Source: Armatimonadota bacterium | Lineage (GTDB): Bacteria; Armatimonadota; UBA5829; DSUL01 | Direction: 5' to 3' | DNA length: 64,000 bases | Assembly: GCA_039811685.1 (NCBI GenBank) | Contig: JBDHZC010000001.1 | Span: forward strand, 192,001-256,000 | Shown here: piece after piece, positions 49,088 through 59,366 of the stretch | Position numbering within the stretch: position 1 is the first letter of the stretch | Layout: each line of letters opens with the position of its first letter | Notes under the pieces: generated by a model | The model's database searches: none | The model's input: only the letters and a program-made list of their open reading frames with translations | Told to the model about the DNA's origin: nothing | Made by a program: the position numbers and the translations under genes

Positions 49088-50098
49088 CTACTTCAAGCTC
49101 TGGATATAGGCGATCATCGCCCTGGTCTCATCAGCGCTTAGCTGCTGAGGCGGCATGACGTTCTGAAAGCCTTCGACCACTTTTGCCCCGGGAGTGTGAA
49201 TGGATTCTGTGATATAGGCGTCGTCAGCCTTCACGGTCTGTGGCTTTCCGTTAACCAGCACCTTAACATCGTGCCCGTAGAGACCCTTCCAGCTCGGCCC
49301 AATCATTTTGCTGCCAGTGACGCTGTGGCAGACGTTACAACCCTTCTCTGTGTAAAGTTTTTCTCCCTGAGCAATCAGGGCGTTATCCGGCGCCGCTGCT
49401 GCTGGCTTGGCCTCACCACTGGGGGCCACAGGTGCGGTTGGTTTCACAGGTTGAGGAGCAGCCTGAGTCGTCGTAGCCGGCGCTGCCGCCGAGGGCGAAT
49501 TGGTTGATTGATACCAGCGGTCAAACTCTTCTCGAGGCTGAATCTCTACTTCTGCTTTCATCTGGGAGTGTAGCTTACCACAGTACTCCGCACAAAATAC
49601 CCAGGATGTTCCGACTCGTTGCGGTGTGAAAAAGATGTGGTTTTTTCGGTTAGGGACGGCATCCTGTTTGATGCGAAAATCCGGGACGTAGAAGCTGTGA
49701 ATTACATCTACTGACTGCGTCACAATCTTGACGGGTTGGTTAACCGGGAGACGCAACTTCGTGTCGGTATGCCCATTCGGGTAGGTGAACGACCAGGCCC
49801 ACATAACACCATTGGCCTCAACCACGAGCGCGTTGGCAGGACCCTTACGCTGCGGCAAATAGCTGGAGTAACCCAGCCAGAAAATCCATAACACAATAAT
49901 GAGAGGGACAACGGTCCAGACAATCTCCAAAACAAGGTGTCCCTCGATGTTCTCGACTCGTGGCCGACGCTTGCGGTTGTAGATAATGGCAAAGGCGATC
50001 ATCGTCGCAGTAACGGCAACCATCAGAAAAACGCACACGCCGAAGATCCACGCCATAGCGTTGCCTGTAAGGTCGGTTGTATTGGCAGCAGCCCTCAT
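49088..50098 (-). CDS. coxB: Cytochrome c oxidase subunit II with fused cytochrome c
   Basis: LEIVWT, DVIHSF, CuA motif CAEYCG..HS.M, C-terminal CNVCH. Confidence 0.93.
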   Translation of the reverse strand: MRAAANTTDLTGNAMAWIFGVCVFLMVAVTATMIAFAIIYNRKRRPRVENIEGHLVLEIVWTVVPLIIVLWIFWLGYSSYLPQRKGPANALVVEANGVMWAWSFTYPNGHTDTKLRLPVNQPVKIVTQSVDVIHSFYVPDFRIKQDAVPNRKNHIFFTPQRVGTSWVFCAEYCGKLHSQMKAEVEIQPREEFDRWYQSTNSPSAAAPATTTQAAPQPVKPTAPVAPSGEAKPAAAAPDNALIAQGEKLYTEKGCNVCHSVTGSKMIGPSWKGLYGHDVKVLVNGKPQTVKADDAYITESIHTPGAKVVEGFQNVMPPQQLSADETRAMIAYIQSLK

Positions 50099-50488
50099 CT
50101 AATTTCTAAATCCTACGTCTACAAAGGTCAGCCCGATAAACACAGTGAACGTGACAATCAAAGTGACCAAAAAGACCTTATAAACAACGCTCTCATACTT
50201 CAGGTGCATGAAGAGCCACAGCGCGATCGCAGTCTGGAACAGAGCAATCAATACTGCGATACCAGCTCCCAGACCTCCGGTGCTCAGTCCGGACAACGCA
50301 ACGCTCAGCGCCATGAGCACAAGCAGCGATGCCCAGACACCCACCAGGGAACCATAATCAACAACGCGTCCTCCGTGCTGCTCCGGCACGGTCAACTCCG
50401 GAGAGGAATCTATTCCTGACGGATGATCTGCCACTGTCGACGGCTGTTCTTGTTGGATAGGGTCGCGATCCAAGTGTTGACTCCTCAC
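50099..50488 (-). CDS. Cytochrome c oxidase subunit IV
   Basis: Three TM helices, FMHLKYE motif. Confidence 0.85.
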   Translation of the reverse strand: MRSQHLDRDPIQQEQPSTVADHPSGIDSSPELTVPEQHGGRVVDYGSLVGVWASLLVLMALSVALSGLSTGGLGAGIAVLIALFQTAIALWLFMHLKYESVVYKVFLVTLIVTFTVFIGLTFVDVGFRN

Positions 50489-51246
50489 GTAATCAAGTAA
50501 AGCAGCGGAAAAATGAAAAACCAGACGACATCTACGAGATGCCAGTACAGAGCCGCATTCTCCAGCACAACGTAGTCCTGCGGGCGCATCACAGGCTCAC
50601 CAGCCGCATTGCTAGGCGGCACGACGAGTCCCGATTCCTCCGGAGCGCCTTGCGAGGCCACAGTCGAATTGCTCTTCTCCGGACCTGAAGCTGCGGCCGG
50701 AGATCGCCTGGCTACGATGAAGCCTACAATAGCTAACAAGACCGTTCCAAAGACAAGATGCAGACCGTGCAGCCCGGTCATGACAAAATACAGATTGAAA
50801 TACTGCTGTTGGCCTTTTGTCAGCGCACCCAGTTCAGCGCCCCCCGGATATAGCCCGTGCTGAAACTTGGCGCTCCATTCGAAGTATTTTATGACCAGGA
50901 ATACAATCGCCAGTGCGATGGTGGCACAGATCAAACCCACGGAGAGCCTGACACTGCCCTTCTGAAGCGCCGTGACTGCCATCGCAATTGTCAGCGAGCT
51001 CGTTAATAGTACAACCGTGTTAACAACACCGAGAGATAGGTTCAGGTTTTGCGCCGCGTTGTGGAAGTCGCCCGGGCTCAGGAACCGGTAGACCGCATAG
51101 GAGATAAACAGGCCGCCGAAAAGCAGAAACTCCGTAAACAGGAACAGCCACATGCCCATTTTGCTGGCGCCGTAGTCAAAATGATGCTGCCCTTCCTCGA
51201 TGCGAGCTTCCGCCGGGTTCAGTGTCGCTTGCAGAGTATCGGTCAA
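50485..51246 (-). CDS. coxC: Cytochrome c oxidase subunit III
   Basis: GMWLFLFTE..LFGGLF, NT.VLLTSS, TGLHGLH, LYWHLVDVVW. Confidence 0.92.
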   Translation of the reverse strand: MTDTLQATLNPAEARIEEGQHHFDYGASKMGMWLFLFTEFLLFGGLFISYAVYRFLSPGDFHNAAQNLNLSLGVVNTVVLLTSSLTIAMAVTALQKGSVRLSVGLICATIALAIVFLVIKYFEWSAKFQHGLYPGGAELGALTKGQQQYFNLYFVMTGLHGLHLVFGTVLLAIVGFIVARRSPAAASGPEKSNSTVASQGAPEESGLVVPPSNAAGEPVMRPQDYVVLENAALYWHLVDVVWFFIFPLLYLIT

Positions 51247-52877
51247 GGCTGCACCTCTTCGGGGAAATCATACACGCCACCAGTTATGCGCGGAATTACA
51301 TGGAAGTTTTCAAGCGGTGGAGGTGAAGCGATCGTCCACTCCAGAGTAACTCCCCCCCATGGATTCTCAGGGGCTGGGCGTCCTCTCCAAACAGAAATCA
51401 GAAGGTTGGTGAACATCGTGAGGAGTCCGGTAATCAGAACCCACGATCCGGTAGTCGCAATAAGATTCAATGTGTCGTACTGCGGCAGGTAGTCCCAGTA
51501 GCGGCGAGGCATCCCCTCCCAGCCGAGAATCAACATGCTGAAATAGAGCTGGTTGAATCCCCAGAACATAAGCAGGCAGGCAATTGTCGCCGCGCGGCGG
51601 TTGTACATCTTGCCAAACATCTTGGGCCACCAGTGATGGAGGCCGGCGAACAGCCCGAAACCTGCTCCGCCGAACATCACGTAGTGGAAGTGAGCCACCA
51701 CGAAATCTGTATCGTGCAGATGTACATCAGTGGACAGCGCACCCTGCATTAGGCCCGTGAATCCCCCTATTGCGAACAACAGAATGAAAGCCATGGCAAA
51801 AAGCATCGGTGGTGACAGGTCAACCGAGCCTTTGTACATTGTCGCGATCCAGTTAAAAACTTTGATCGCCGAGGGGATGGCTACCAGAAAAGTCAGCAGC
51901 GAAAACACCAGGTTGGCGGCGTCACTCTGCCCGCTCACAAACATGTGGTGTGCCCAAACCAGCGAGCCAAACAAGGCAATGGCAAGGCTGGACAGCGCAA
52001 CCATTTTATAGCCAAAGATCGTTTTCCTGGAGTGCGTCGCGATTACCTCTGAGATCACGCCCATCGCGGGGACAATCATAATGTAAACCGCAGGGTGGGA
52101 GTATATCCAGAAGAGATGTTGATAGAGGATAGGATCTCCGCCTTTGGCAGGGTCGAAAATGCCGACTCCTGCCACGCGCTCCAGCATCAGAAGCACAAGC
52201 GTAATGCCCAGAATTGGCGTTGCCAGCACCTGCATCCAGCTTGTCGCATACAATGACCAGACAAACAGTGGCATTTTGAACCAGCCCATGCCCGGGGCGC
52301 GCAGCTGGTGAATGGTGCAAATGAAGTTCAGGCCCGTCAGGATGGATGAGAATCCCATCACGAAGATGCCGAACGCAGCCATATTGACATTTGTCGTCGT
52401 CTTAAGGCTGTAAGGGACATACAGAGTCCAGCCCGTATCAGGCAGTCCTGCAGCCGTGAACATAGAGGCGTAGACAATAATAGCCCCTATGATATAGCAG
52501 TACCACGACATCAGATTGAGCTTGGGGAAGGCGACGTCTTTGGCCCCGATCATAATGGGAAGAAAGAAGTTGCCCAGGGATGCGGCGGCTCCCGGAATCA
52601 CAAACATAAACACCATCGTCACGCCGTGAACAGTGAAGAACGCGTTGTACACTTCTGGCCGGACGATAGTTTGTCCATGGTGGATCAGCTCAAGGCGGAT
52701 CAGGAAGCCCAGCGTCATTCCGAATAAGAAGAACGTGACCTGAGAGAACAGATACAGCAGACCTATCCGCTTGTGATCCAGCGACGTCAGCCAACTGAGA
52801 AGTCCGCGCCCCTTGCCTTTGTATTCGAGATAATTCGGCTCGGCCAGCACGCCCTCAGCAACTCTAACTGCTGCCAT
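51243..52877 (-). CDS. coxA: Cytochrome c oxidase subunit I, A2 type
   Basis: DHKRIG, HG..M, GGDPILYQHLFWIYSHPAVY (YS = A2), WAHHM, HFHY, GMPRRY. Confidence 0.96.
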   Translation of the reverse strand: MAAVRVAEGVLAEPNYLEYKGKGRGLLSWLTSLDHKRIGLLYLFSQVTFFLFGMTLGFLIRLELIHHGQTIVRPEVYNAFFTVHGVTMVFMFVIPGAAASLGNFFLPIMIGAKDVAFPKLNLMSWYCYIIGAIIVYASMFTAAGLPDTGWTLYVPYSLKTTTNVNMAAFGIFVMGFSSILTGLNFICTIHQLRAPGMGWFKMPLFVWSLYATSWMQVLATPILGITLVLLMLERVAGVGIFDPAKGGDPILYQHLFWIYSHPAVYIMIVPAMGVISEVIATHSRKTIFGYKMVALSSLAIALFGSLVWAHHMFVSGQSDAANLVFSLLTFLVAIPSAIKVFNWIATMYKGSVDLSPPMLFAMAFILLFAIGGFTGLMQGALSTDVHLHDTDFVVAHFHYVMFGGAGFGLFAGLHHWWPKMFGKMYNRRAATIACLLMFWGFNQLYFSMLILGWEGMPRRYWDYLPQYDTLNLIATTGSWVLITGLLTMFTNLLISVWRGRPAPENPWGGVTLEWTIASPPPLENFHVIPRITGGVYDFPEEVQP

Positions 52878-53736
52878 TATCGTCTCCTTGTTGTAGCTCC
52901 TGTTCGTACTTTGTGCGCTTTCGCCCTGAGACTGTGAGCACAGTCATCAGAATCATCGCGCCGATGAGGGTGCCGGCGCCGGCCAGTCTTGTAACCGCGA
53001 GCGTATACCGCCGCCCGGCGGGGTCATAAGAGAAGCAGTAGCGCAGTAGCTTGTTGATAGTAGGCCCGGTCTTGCCTTGCGACGCTTCAGTCAGCGCCAT
53101 CTCAAGATCAAACGGGAGGTAGTCAACGCCATACAGATAGCGAGCTATTTTGCCCTTGGGGCTGATCGCATAGATCGAGCCCGAATGCACGAAGGTGTCA
53201 CCGCTCTTCTTGTACTTGAACCCGAGCGCCTTGACCAGCTTGTCTATGTTGTCCTGAGTCCCGGTCAGAAAACGCCACGCGCTCTTTGGAAACGGCCTGG
53301 TCATCTGCCCAACGTACGTGTCCCGCTTCTTCGCCGCCAGATGAGGTGTGTCCTTGGGGTTGAAGCTGACGGTTACAACCTGAAAATCAGCTCCTGGCTT
53401 CATTGCGAACTTCGGATCGTTGAGAACGTCCACCATCCCGTTAAGCAGAGGAGTGCAAATCCCAGGACAGTCAAAATACACCAGCGCCATTACCGTCGGC
53501 CGTCCGTCAATGACCTGTCCCAAAGTGGTCGTCTGGCCAGTTTCATCCCTGAAGACCGCATCCAGCGGAAGCTGGCCGCCCAGGTGCTCGTCAATGCCGA
53601 CCGGAGGCGAGCTTTCCTCGCCTCGCGCCCACACTGATGCGCCGCCCGCGCCCAGGGCGCACAGAACGGCAGCCGCCAGCATGATAGCTTTGTTTCTAAG
53701 TTTCATTGTCGTATCGGTTCTTGCCCCCATTGTCAT
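52864..53736 (-). CDS. SCO family copper chaperone
   Basis: Signal peptide, YFDCPGICT (CxxxC), WRFLTG, His in FVHS, RYLYG, C-terminal TM helix. Confidence 0.9.
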   Translation of the reverse strand: MTMGARTDTTMKLRNKAIMLAAAVLCALGAGGASVWARGEESSPPVGIDEHLGGQLPLDAVFRDETGQTTTLGQVIDGRPTVMALVYFDCPGICTPLLNGMVDVLNDPKFAMKPGADFQVVTVSFNPKDTPHLAAKKRDTYVGQMTRPFPKSAWRFLTGTQDNIDKLVKALGFKYKKSGDTFVHSGSIYAISPKGKIARYLYGVDYLPFDLEMALTEASQGKTGPTINKLLRYCFSYDPAGRRYTLAVTRLAGAGTLIGAMILMTVLTVSGRKRTKYEQELQQGDDNGSS

Positions 53737-53799
53737 TGAAGAGCGAATCCATTACGGTAGGTTTACAGACGCTCGGCGTCACGTAGCTGCCGGACAGTC

Positions 53800-54975
53800 T
53801 TACTTGAGTGTCAACACCGCATCAAGCTGAGATACGTTCGGGTTCTGTCGCAGCGAATTGATCACCAGAAGCAGAAAGACGCTGCCGCACATCACCGGTA
53901 TAAAATAGGTGAAAACGTTGGTGAGTCCGGCGATGTGTGTGCGTGAAAAAGATGGAACCACGAGGACTGTGCGCTCCAGCCACATGCCCACCAGCACCAG
54001 CACAGCCACTCCCGCAAGGCGGCCAGGTGTGCGCTTCGTAACCTGGCTCTGCAGAAGAATGAAGGGCGCGGCCTGAGCGATAAGAAAGGCTGCCAGAGCC
54101 CACCACTGCCAGGGAACGTCTCTCAGGCGATGGACAATAAAGGTTATTTCCTCCGGGATGTTCCCATACCATATCTCCAGCAGATGAGCAAACAGCATGT
54201 ACACGACGAGAATGCCGAAGCCCATCAGCAAATTGCCCATGTCTGAAAACTGACGCGGGGAGAAGTACTCCTTCAGTCCCAGGGGCTCGTGCAGCCAGAA
54301 CGCGAGAACTATCAGGGCGGCCATCCCGAAGTAGAGACTCCCCACAAAGAAGTAGGCGCCAAACAGTGTGCTGGTCCACTGCGGTTCCAGCGCCATAACC
54401 ATGTCAAAGGCGATCAGGCTCCAGGACACCACAAAGGTCAGAACCACCGCAATCGCGAGTCTGTTGATAATGTTGTGAGCGCGGTCGGAGGTGTCTGACT
54501 CCAGCCTCCGGTAGGCGTTGATGAAGACCTGATTCAGAACGGCCACAAACAGCAGTGCAGCGCCGTCTCGAATAAAGTAAAACGGCTTGTTCAGCCAGAG
54601 GTACTTCAGCTGGACAGCCTCAGGCTCGTTCACCCATACCAGCCAGTAGCGCCATCCCAGCGCCAGCACAGCCCAGAGCACAATGCCAACCCAGATATAG
54701 TTGGAGCTCGCGCGCGCCAGTCTGTTGACCCCGGCGCACCACGTCGCCTGTCCGGTGCGTAGAATAGCGCACCACACAAACGCTCCCTGGGCAAGACCCG
54801 TCCAGAAGAGAAAGTTAACCAGAAGCATCCACCACATTTGCTCCCGCATGGCGCGCGAGCCAATGAAGAAACCAGCCACCGTGCCGACTACGCCGATGAT
54901 CATAAGGATGGTGGCGCGGTTCGAAATGGACTCAAAGGTATTGGTCAGACGTGTCGATGAGTCGTTGTCAGCCAC
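53800..54975 (-). CDS. actF: ActF-like polytopic membrane subunit of alternative complex III (start uncertain; ORF open to 55071)
   Basis: WLN.PF..IR, FD.VM.LEP.W.ST.FG.Y, D.G.L..GF, IWYGNIPEE, ER...V.P motifs. Confidence 0.8.
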   Translation of the reverse strand: MADNDSSTRLTNTFESISNRATILMIIGVVGTVAGFFIGSRAMREQMWWMLLVNFLFWTGLAQGAFVWCAILRTGQATWCAGVNRLARASSNYIWVGIVLWAVLALGWRYWLVWVNEPEAVQLKYLWLNKPFYFIRDGAALLFVAVLNQVFINAYRRLESDTSDRAHNIINRLAIAVVLTFVVSWSLIAFDMVMALEPQWTSTLFGAYFFVGSLYFGMAALIVLAFWLHEPLGLKEYFSPRQFSDMGNLLMGFGILVVYMLFAHLLEIWYGNIPEEITFIVHRLRDVPWQWWALAAFLIAQAAPFILLQSQVTKRTPGRLAGVAVLVLVGMWLERTVLVVPSFSRTHIAGLTNVFTYFIPVMCGSVFLLLVINSLRQNPNVSQLDAVLTLK

Positions 54976-55080
54976 TGATATTACGTAATCTCCACACGCA
55001 CGGCGCAACTTGTCGTGCGTTGTCCAGCGGGCTATGAAAGACAGACCTGCTACCCGCCCGTCACAAGTCAATAGTGTCCG

Positions 55081-55100
55081 CTTGTGAAGCTTGTCACAAG
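55081..55100. promoter_or_regulatory. Rex- or CRP/FNR-family operator upstream of the respiratory cluster
   Basis: CTTGTGA-AGCTTG-TCACAAG palindrome; one mismatch to Rex TTGTGAANNNNTTCACAA and a perfect TGTGA-N6-TCACA. Confidence 0.65.
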
Positions 55101-55656
55101 CAGGCGCTCACAACACCCCTGGGGGCTGCATTCAGGCTTCCGGGATTTTGTCCATCCGAGGCCCATTGTGCTCATTGGCCGGTTGGCAAGCCAGCTCTCG
55201 CGGGATCACCACCTCCGGCCGGTGGCACGTCGGAGGATATTATGAACATCCCGTCGAGGCTTGTCAACGGATAGTGGCAGGGCTGGAAGGACTTTTTTAC
55301 CGGTACTTTTGAACATATGCGGCGAAGGGCTGTAGCTCCTGGGTACCGATGACTTCTGGTCATTGCGGGCTACCGCAGCGCTAACAACTTCGTTTGACGC
55401 GGAAATTTCCGCTAGTGCGCTTGAGTAATTGGCGTCGAGGTCGTAAAATTCAGATAGAGCTGGCGGCAGGTTTCGGGGAATTGTTGACGAGGACCAGCGT
55501 TGAAGAGTACAGAGTAATAACGGAACGTGACCGCACTCAGGGTGCGGCGCGCCATATCCCTGCAAGAATACCGGGAGGAAGCGCGTCTGTAGTGTGGCCG
55601 GGCAGTGCGCGGATGAATGGCCGCTGAACAGGCGCGAGGAAACTGGACAATTATTG

Positions 55657-57090
55657 ATGAGCAACACTTTTGAGTCCCTGGCAGAGCGCGAGTACAAGTG
55701 GGGCTTTGTCACTGACATCGAGGCAAAAACTCTTCCGAAAGGGCTGAACGAGGATATCGTGCGGCAGATCTCCGCCTTGAAGGAAGAGCCGGATTGGATG
55801 GCCGAGTGGCGTTTGAAGGCCTACCGGCACTGGGTGACAATGAGCGAACCCACCTGGCCTAACGTCAAGTACCCCCCGATAGACTACCAGGATCTGATCT
55901 ACTATTCCGCCCCGGTGCAGAAGAAGCTGAAGCAGAGCATGGATGAGGTGGATCCGGAGCTTCTAAAGACCTTTGACAAGCTGGGAATTCCGCTCGCCGA
56001 GCAAAAGCGTCTGGCGGGTGTGGCAGTAGATGCGATTTTCGACAGTGTCTCGGTTGTCACGACTTTTCGCAAACAGTTGGCGGATGCGGGCGTGGTTTTC
56101 TGTTCGTTTTCGACCGCCGTCAAGGAGTATCCTGAACTCGTCAAGAAATACCTCGGGTCCGTGGTGCCCGTTACGGACAACTACTTCGCGTCTCTGAACA
56201 GCGCCGTTTTCAGCGACGGTTCCTTCTGTTACGTCCCGAAGGGTGTAACTTGTCCAATGGAATTGTCCAGCTATTTCCGGATCAACACCGCCAAGTCCGG
56301 ACAGTTTGAACGAACGCTCATCATCGCAGAGGAAGGCGCTTCAGTCAGCTACCTTGAGGGGTGCACTGCGCCGGCCTACGACGAGAACCAGCTTCACGCG
56401 GCGGTTGTGGAATTGGTCGCTCTCGACGGCGCCGATATAAAGTACTCGACTGTCCAGAATTGGTACGCGGGGGATGACGAAGGCAAAGGTGGCATTTACA
56501 ACTTTGTGACAAAGCGCGGAAAAGCTCACACCAACGCCAGAATATCCTGGACTCAGGTGGAAACAGGCTCCGCTATTACGTGGAAGTACCCGAGCGTTCT
56601 GCTGCAGGGCGACAATTCCATCGGCGAGTTCTACTCAGTCGCGCTAACTACCGGAATGCAGCAGGCGGATACCGGTACCAAGATGATCCACATCGGGAAG
56701 AACACCCGCAGTACAATTATCTCTAAGGGAATATCGGCCAAGCGTGGCCAGAACACCTATCGCGGACAGGTGCGTGTTATGCCCAAGGCGGACGGCGCGC
56801 GCAACTACACCCAGTGTGACTCCATGCTCATTGGAGACAAATGCGGAGCGCACACATTCCCTTATATAGATGTAGCGAATAACACGTCCCGCGTTGAGCA
56901 TGAAGCGTCAACTTCCAAGATCAGTGAGGATCAGCTGTTTTACTGCAGGCAGCGGGGCCTTTCAAGCGAAGACGCCATTTCGATGGTTATCAACGGTTTC
57001 TGTCGCGACGTCTTTCGCGAGCTCCCTATGGAGTTTGCGGTCGAGGCGACGAAGCTGCTGTCGGTAAGTCTGGAAGGCAGCGTCGGTTAG
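55657..57090 (+). CDS. sufB: Fe-S cluster assembly protein SufB
   Basis: [62 protein letters not shown]. Confidence 0.97.
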   Translation: MSNTFESLAEREYKWGFVTDIEAKTLPKGLNEDIVRQISALKEEPDWMAEWRLKAYRHWVTMSEPTWPNVKYPPIDYQDLIYYSAPVQKKLKQSMDEVDPELLKTFDKLGIPLAEQKRLAGVAVDAIFDSVSVVTTFRKQLADAGVVFCSFSTAVKEYPELVKKYLGSVVPVTDNYFASLNSAVFSDGSFCYVPKGVTCPMELSSYFRINTAKSGQFERTLIIAEEGASVSYLEGCTAPAYDENQLHAAVVELVALDGADIKYSTVQNWYAGDDEGKGGIYNFVTKRGKAHTNARISWTQVETGSAITWKYPSVLLQGDNSIGEFYSVALTTGMQQADTGTKMIHIGKNTRSTIISKGISAKRGQNTYRGQVRVMPKADGARNYTQCDSMLIGDKCGAHTFPYIDVANNTSRVEHEASTSKISEDQLFYCRQRGLSSEDAISMVINGFCRDVFRELPMEFAVEATKLLSVSLEGSVG

Positions 57091-57165
57091 CGCCCGCAAC
57101 ACCTGAGACTGCCGGCTCATCCTCCAGCCTGCGCGCTTGTGCCCAGAGCTGTCAAAAAGGAGTCT

Positions 57166-57981
57166 ATGGCTGAACCACTGCTCGTAATCAGAAAACTTCA
57201 CGCCACCGTTGAAGGCAAAGAAATTCTCAAAGGGATTGATCTGACGGTCTATCCTGGTGAGGTCCACGCTATTATGGGGCCGAACGGCTCTGGCAAGAGC
57301 ACTCTCGCGCAGGTTCTGGCCGGCCATCCAGCGTTTGAAGTGACCGAGGGGCAAGTTCTGTTCAACGGACAGGACCTGCTGGAGCTGGAGCCTGAGGACC
57401 GCGCGCGCGAAGGCGTATTCCTTGCGTTTCAGTACCCGATTGAGATACCTGGTGTCACCAACTCCAGCTTTCTGCGCGCCGGGGTAAATGAGGTGCGCAA
57501 GCACCGAGGTGAGGACACTCTTGACGCCTACGACTTCAACCATTTCGTTCGGGAGAAGTCGAAGATAGTTCAGCTCGATCCATCCCTGCTGGAGCGTTCT
57601 GTGAACGAAGGCTTCTCCGGCGGTGAGAAGAAGCGCAACGAGATATTCCAGATGGCGATGCTGGAACCTCGGCTTGGCATCCTTGATGAGACAGACTCCG
57701 GACTGGACATTGACGCGCTGAGAATTGTAGCGGGTGGAGTAAATCAGCTTCGCAGTCCCGAGCGTTCGTTTGTTGTAGTCACGCACTATCAGAGGTTGCT
57801 TGACTATATCGTGCCAGACTTTGTGCACGTTCTCTACGACGGGCGCGTTGTAAAAAGCGGGCAAAAAGAGCTTGCTCTGGAGCTCGAAGACAAGGGTTAC
57901 GACTGGATCAAGGAGATGGTCGAGCCAGATGCCAAACCCAAAGATGCGGCCTCGCTGTTCAATCAGGCGCTGAAAGCTTGA
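57166..57981 (+). CDS. sufC: Fe-S cluster assembly ATPase SufC
   Basis: MGPNGSGKST, FQYPIEIPGV, GFSGGEKKRNE, LDETDSGLD, THYQRLL. AAGGAG RBS. Confidence 0.97.
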   Translation: MAEPLLVIRKLHATVEGKEILKGIDLTVYPGEVHAIMGPNGSGKSTLAQVLAGHPAFEVTEGQVLFNGQDLLELEPEDRAREGVFLAFQYPIEIPGVTNSSFLRAGVNEVRKHRGEDTLDAYDFNHFVREKSKIVQLDPSLLERSVNEGFSGGEKKRNEIFQMAMLEPRLGILDETDSGLDIDALRIVAGGVNQLRSPERSFVVVTHYQRLLDYIVPDFVHVLYDGRVVKSGQKELALELEDKGYDWIKEMVEPDAKPKDAASLFNQALKA

Positions 57982-59366
57982 CAGCGCAACTTGAGGAGAA
58001 ACGGGGTCAGGGTACTGTGAGCGCAGTTCAGATTGCATCAGAAACTGAAAGTTATCTGGAGAACATTCGCTCCTTCCACCAGCACATTGGGGAGACAGGT
58101 CCGTCCTGGATGCGGGAGTTGCGCGGTATCGGTTCGGCAAGCTTTGAAGAGTCCGGCTTTCCAACCGCTCGCGATGAGGAGTGGAAGTACACAAGTGTTC
58201 AGTCCATTGCGCGCGGCGAGTTTGGCGTCGGCCTCCGACCGGGGCAGCTTTCGCGCGACGAGATCAAGCGTTTTCTTTACGAGTCTTCCGGCTGGACACA
58301 TCTGGTGTTTGTTGACGGTCGGTTTTCCCCGTCGCTGTCGTCGATGCCTGTGCTCGACGGCGCAGACATTGTGAGTCTGGAAGACGGCGTTCTGGCAGGG
58401 AGGGCCGACGTTCAGAAGCATCTCGGGAAGCACGTCAAGACCAGCTTCAACGCTTTTACGGCGCTGAACGCTGCTTTCCTTCGCGATGGCGCCTACATCC
58501 GGGTGCGGCAGGGAGAAGCGATCGAAACACCGATACACCTGCTGTTTGTAGCGAGCGCTGCGCAGGCGGCGGCATACCCTCGCAACCTCATCGTCCTGGA
58601 AAAGGACGCCAGGGCCACTGTCGTTGAATCTTACGTCAGCGTAACTGAAGATGCGTATCTGGTGGACACCGTGACAGAGATTGCCCTGGAACCCGGAGCT
58701 AACCTGGATTACTACAGAGTTCAGCAGGAGGGCCTCGGCGGGCACCATATTTCGGTGGTCGGCGTTCAGCAAAGTGAAGAGAGTGTATTCAGCTCTGTAA
58801 CGGTCAACCTGGGAGCAGCCCTGGCGCGAAATGATCTGAACATCAGGCTGGAAGGTCAGCGTTGTGAATGTACGATGCTGGGGCTGAGCCTGGTGGACGG
58901 AGTGCGCCATGTGGACAACCACACTGCGCTGGACCACGCAAGTCCCAACTGCGAAAGCCATGAGCTATACAAATCTATTGTGAACGATAGAGGCCGCTCA
59001 GTATTCAATGGCAAAATCTATGTACACCCGGGCGCGCAGAAGACGGATGCGCGGCAGACCAATCGAAATCTCCTGCTGTCGAAGGACGCAACTGTTGATA
59101 CAAAGCCGCAACTGGAGATCTTCGCAGACGATGTAAAATGTACGCACGGCGCGACAGTCGGCCAGCTAGACGAGGATCAGATGTTTTATCTGCGCAGCCG
59201 TGGAATGAGTGAGGAGCGGGCCAGCCAGCTCCTGACTTACGGCTTTGCCAATGACATCGTGGAAAAGGTCAAACTGGAGGCGCTGCGGCACTATCTGCAC
59301 CAGGTGCAGATGGCGGCACTTCACCAGGACCCGGCCTTGCTCGAAGAGCTGGAAGAAAAGTCATGA
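57978..59366 (+). CDS. sufD: Fe-S cluster assembly protein SufD
   Basis: FPT.RDEEWKYT, FNGKI.V, KPQLEIFADDVKCTHGATVG, FYLRSRG. Confidence 0.95.
   Translation: MTAQLEEKRGQGTVSAVQIASETESYLENIRSFHQHIGETGPSWMRELRGIGSASFEESGFPTARDEEWKYTSVQSIARGEFGVGLRPGQLSRDEIKRFLYESSGWTHLVFVDGRFSPSLSSMPVLDGADIVSLEDGVLAGRADVQKHLGKHVKTSFNAFTALNAAFLRDGAYIRVRQGEAIETPIHLLFVASAAQAAAYPRNLIVLEKDARATVVESYVSVTEDAYLVDTVTEIALEPGANLDYYRVQQEGLGGHHISVVGVQQSEESVFSSVTVNLGAALARNDLNIRLEGQRCECTMLGLSLVDGVRHVDNHTALDHASPNCESHELYKSIVNDRGRSVFNGKIYVHPGAQKTDARQTNRNLLLSKDATVDTKPQLEIFADDVKCTHGATVGQLDEDQMFYLRSRGMSEERASQLLTYGFANDIVEKVKLEALRHYLHQVQMAALHQDPALLEELEEKS

Noticed and set aside
55300..55656. Riboswitch or regulator gene in the long leader before sufB
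   Set aside because: No recognisable aptamer motif or convincing Rrf2/SufR ORF seen.
56962..58194. 410-aa minus-strand ORF, and similar long ORFs at 33131-34318, 14076-14975 and 58038-58961
   Set aside because: Antisense shadows of well-supported genes in GC-rich DNA, with no recognisable motifs.
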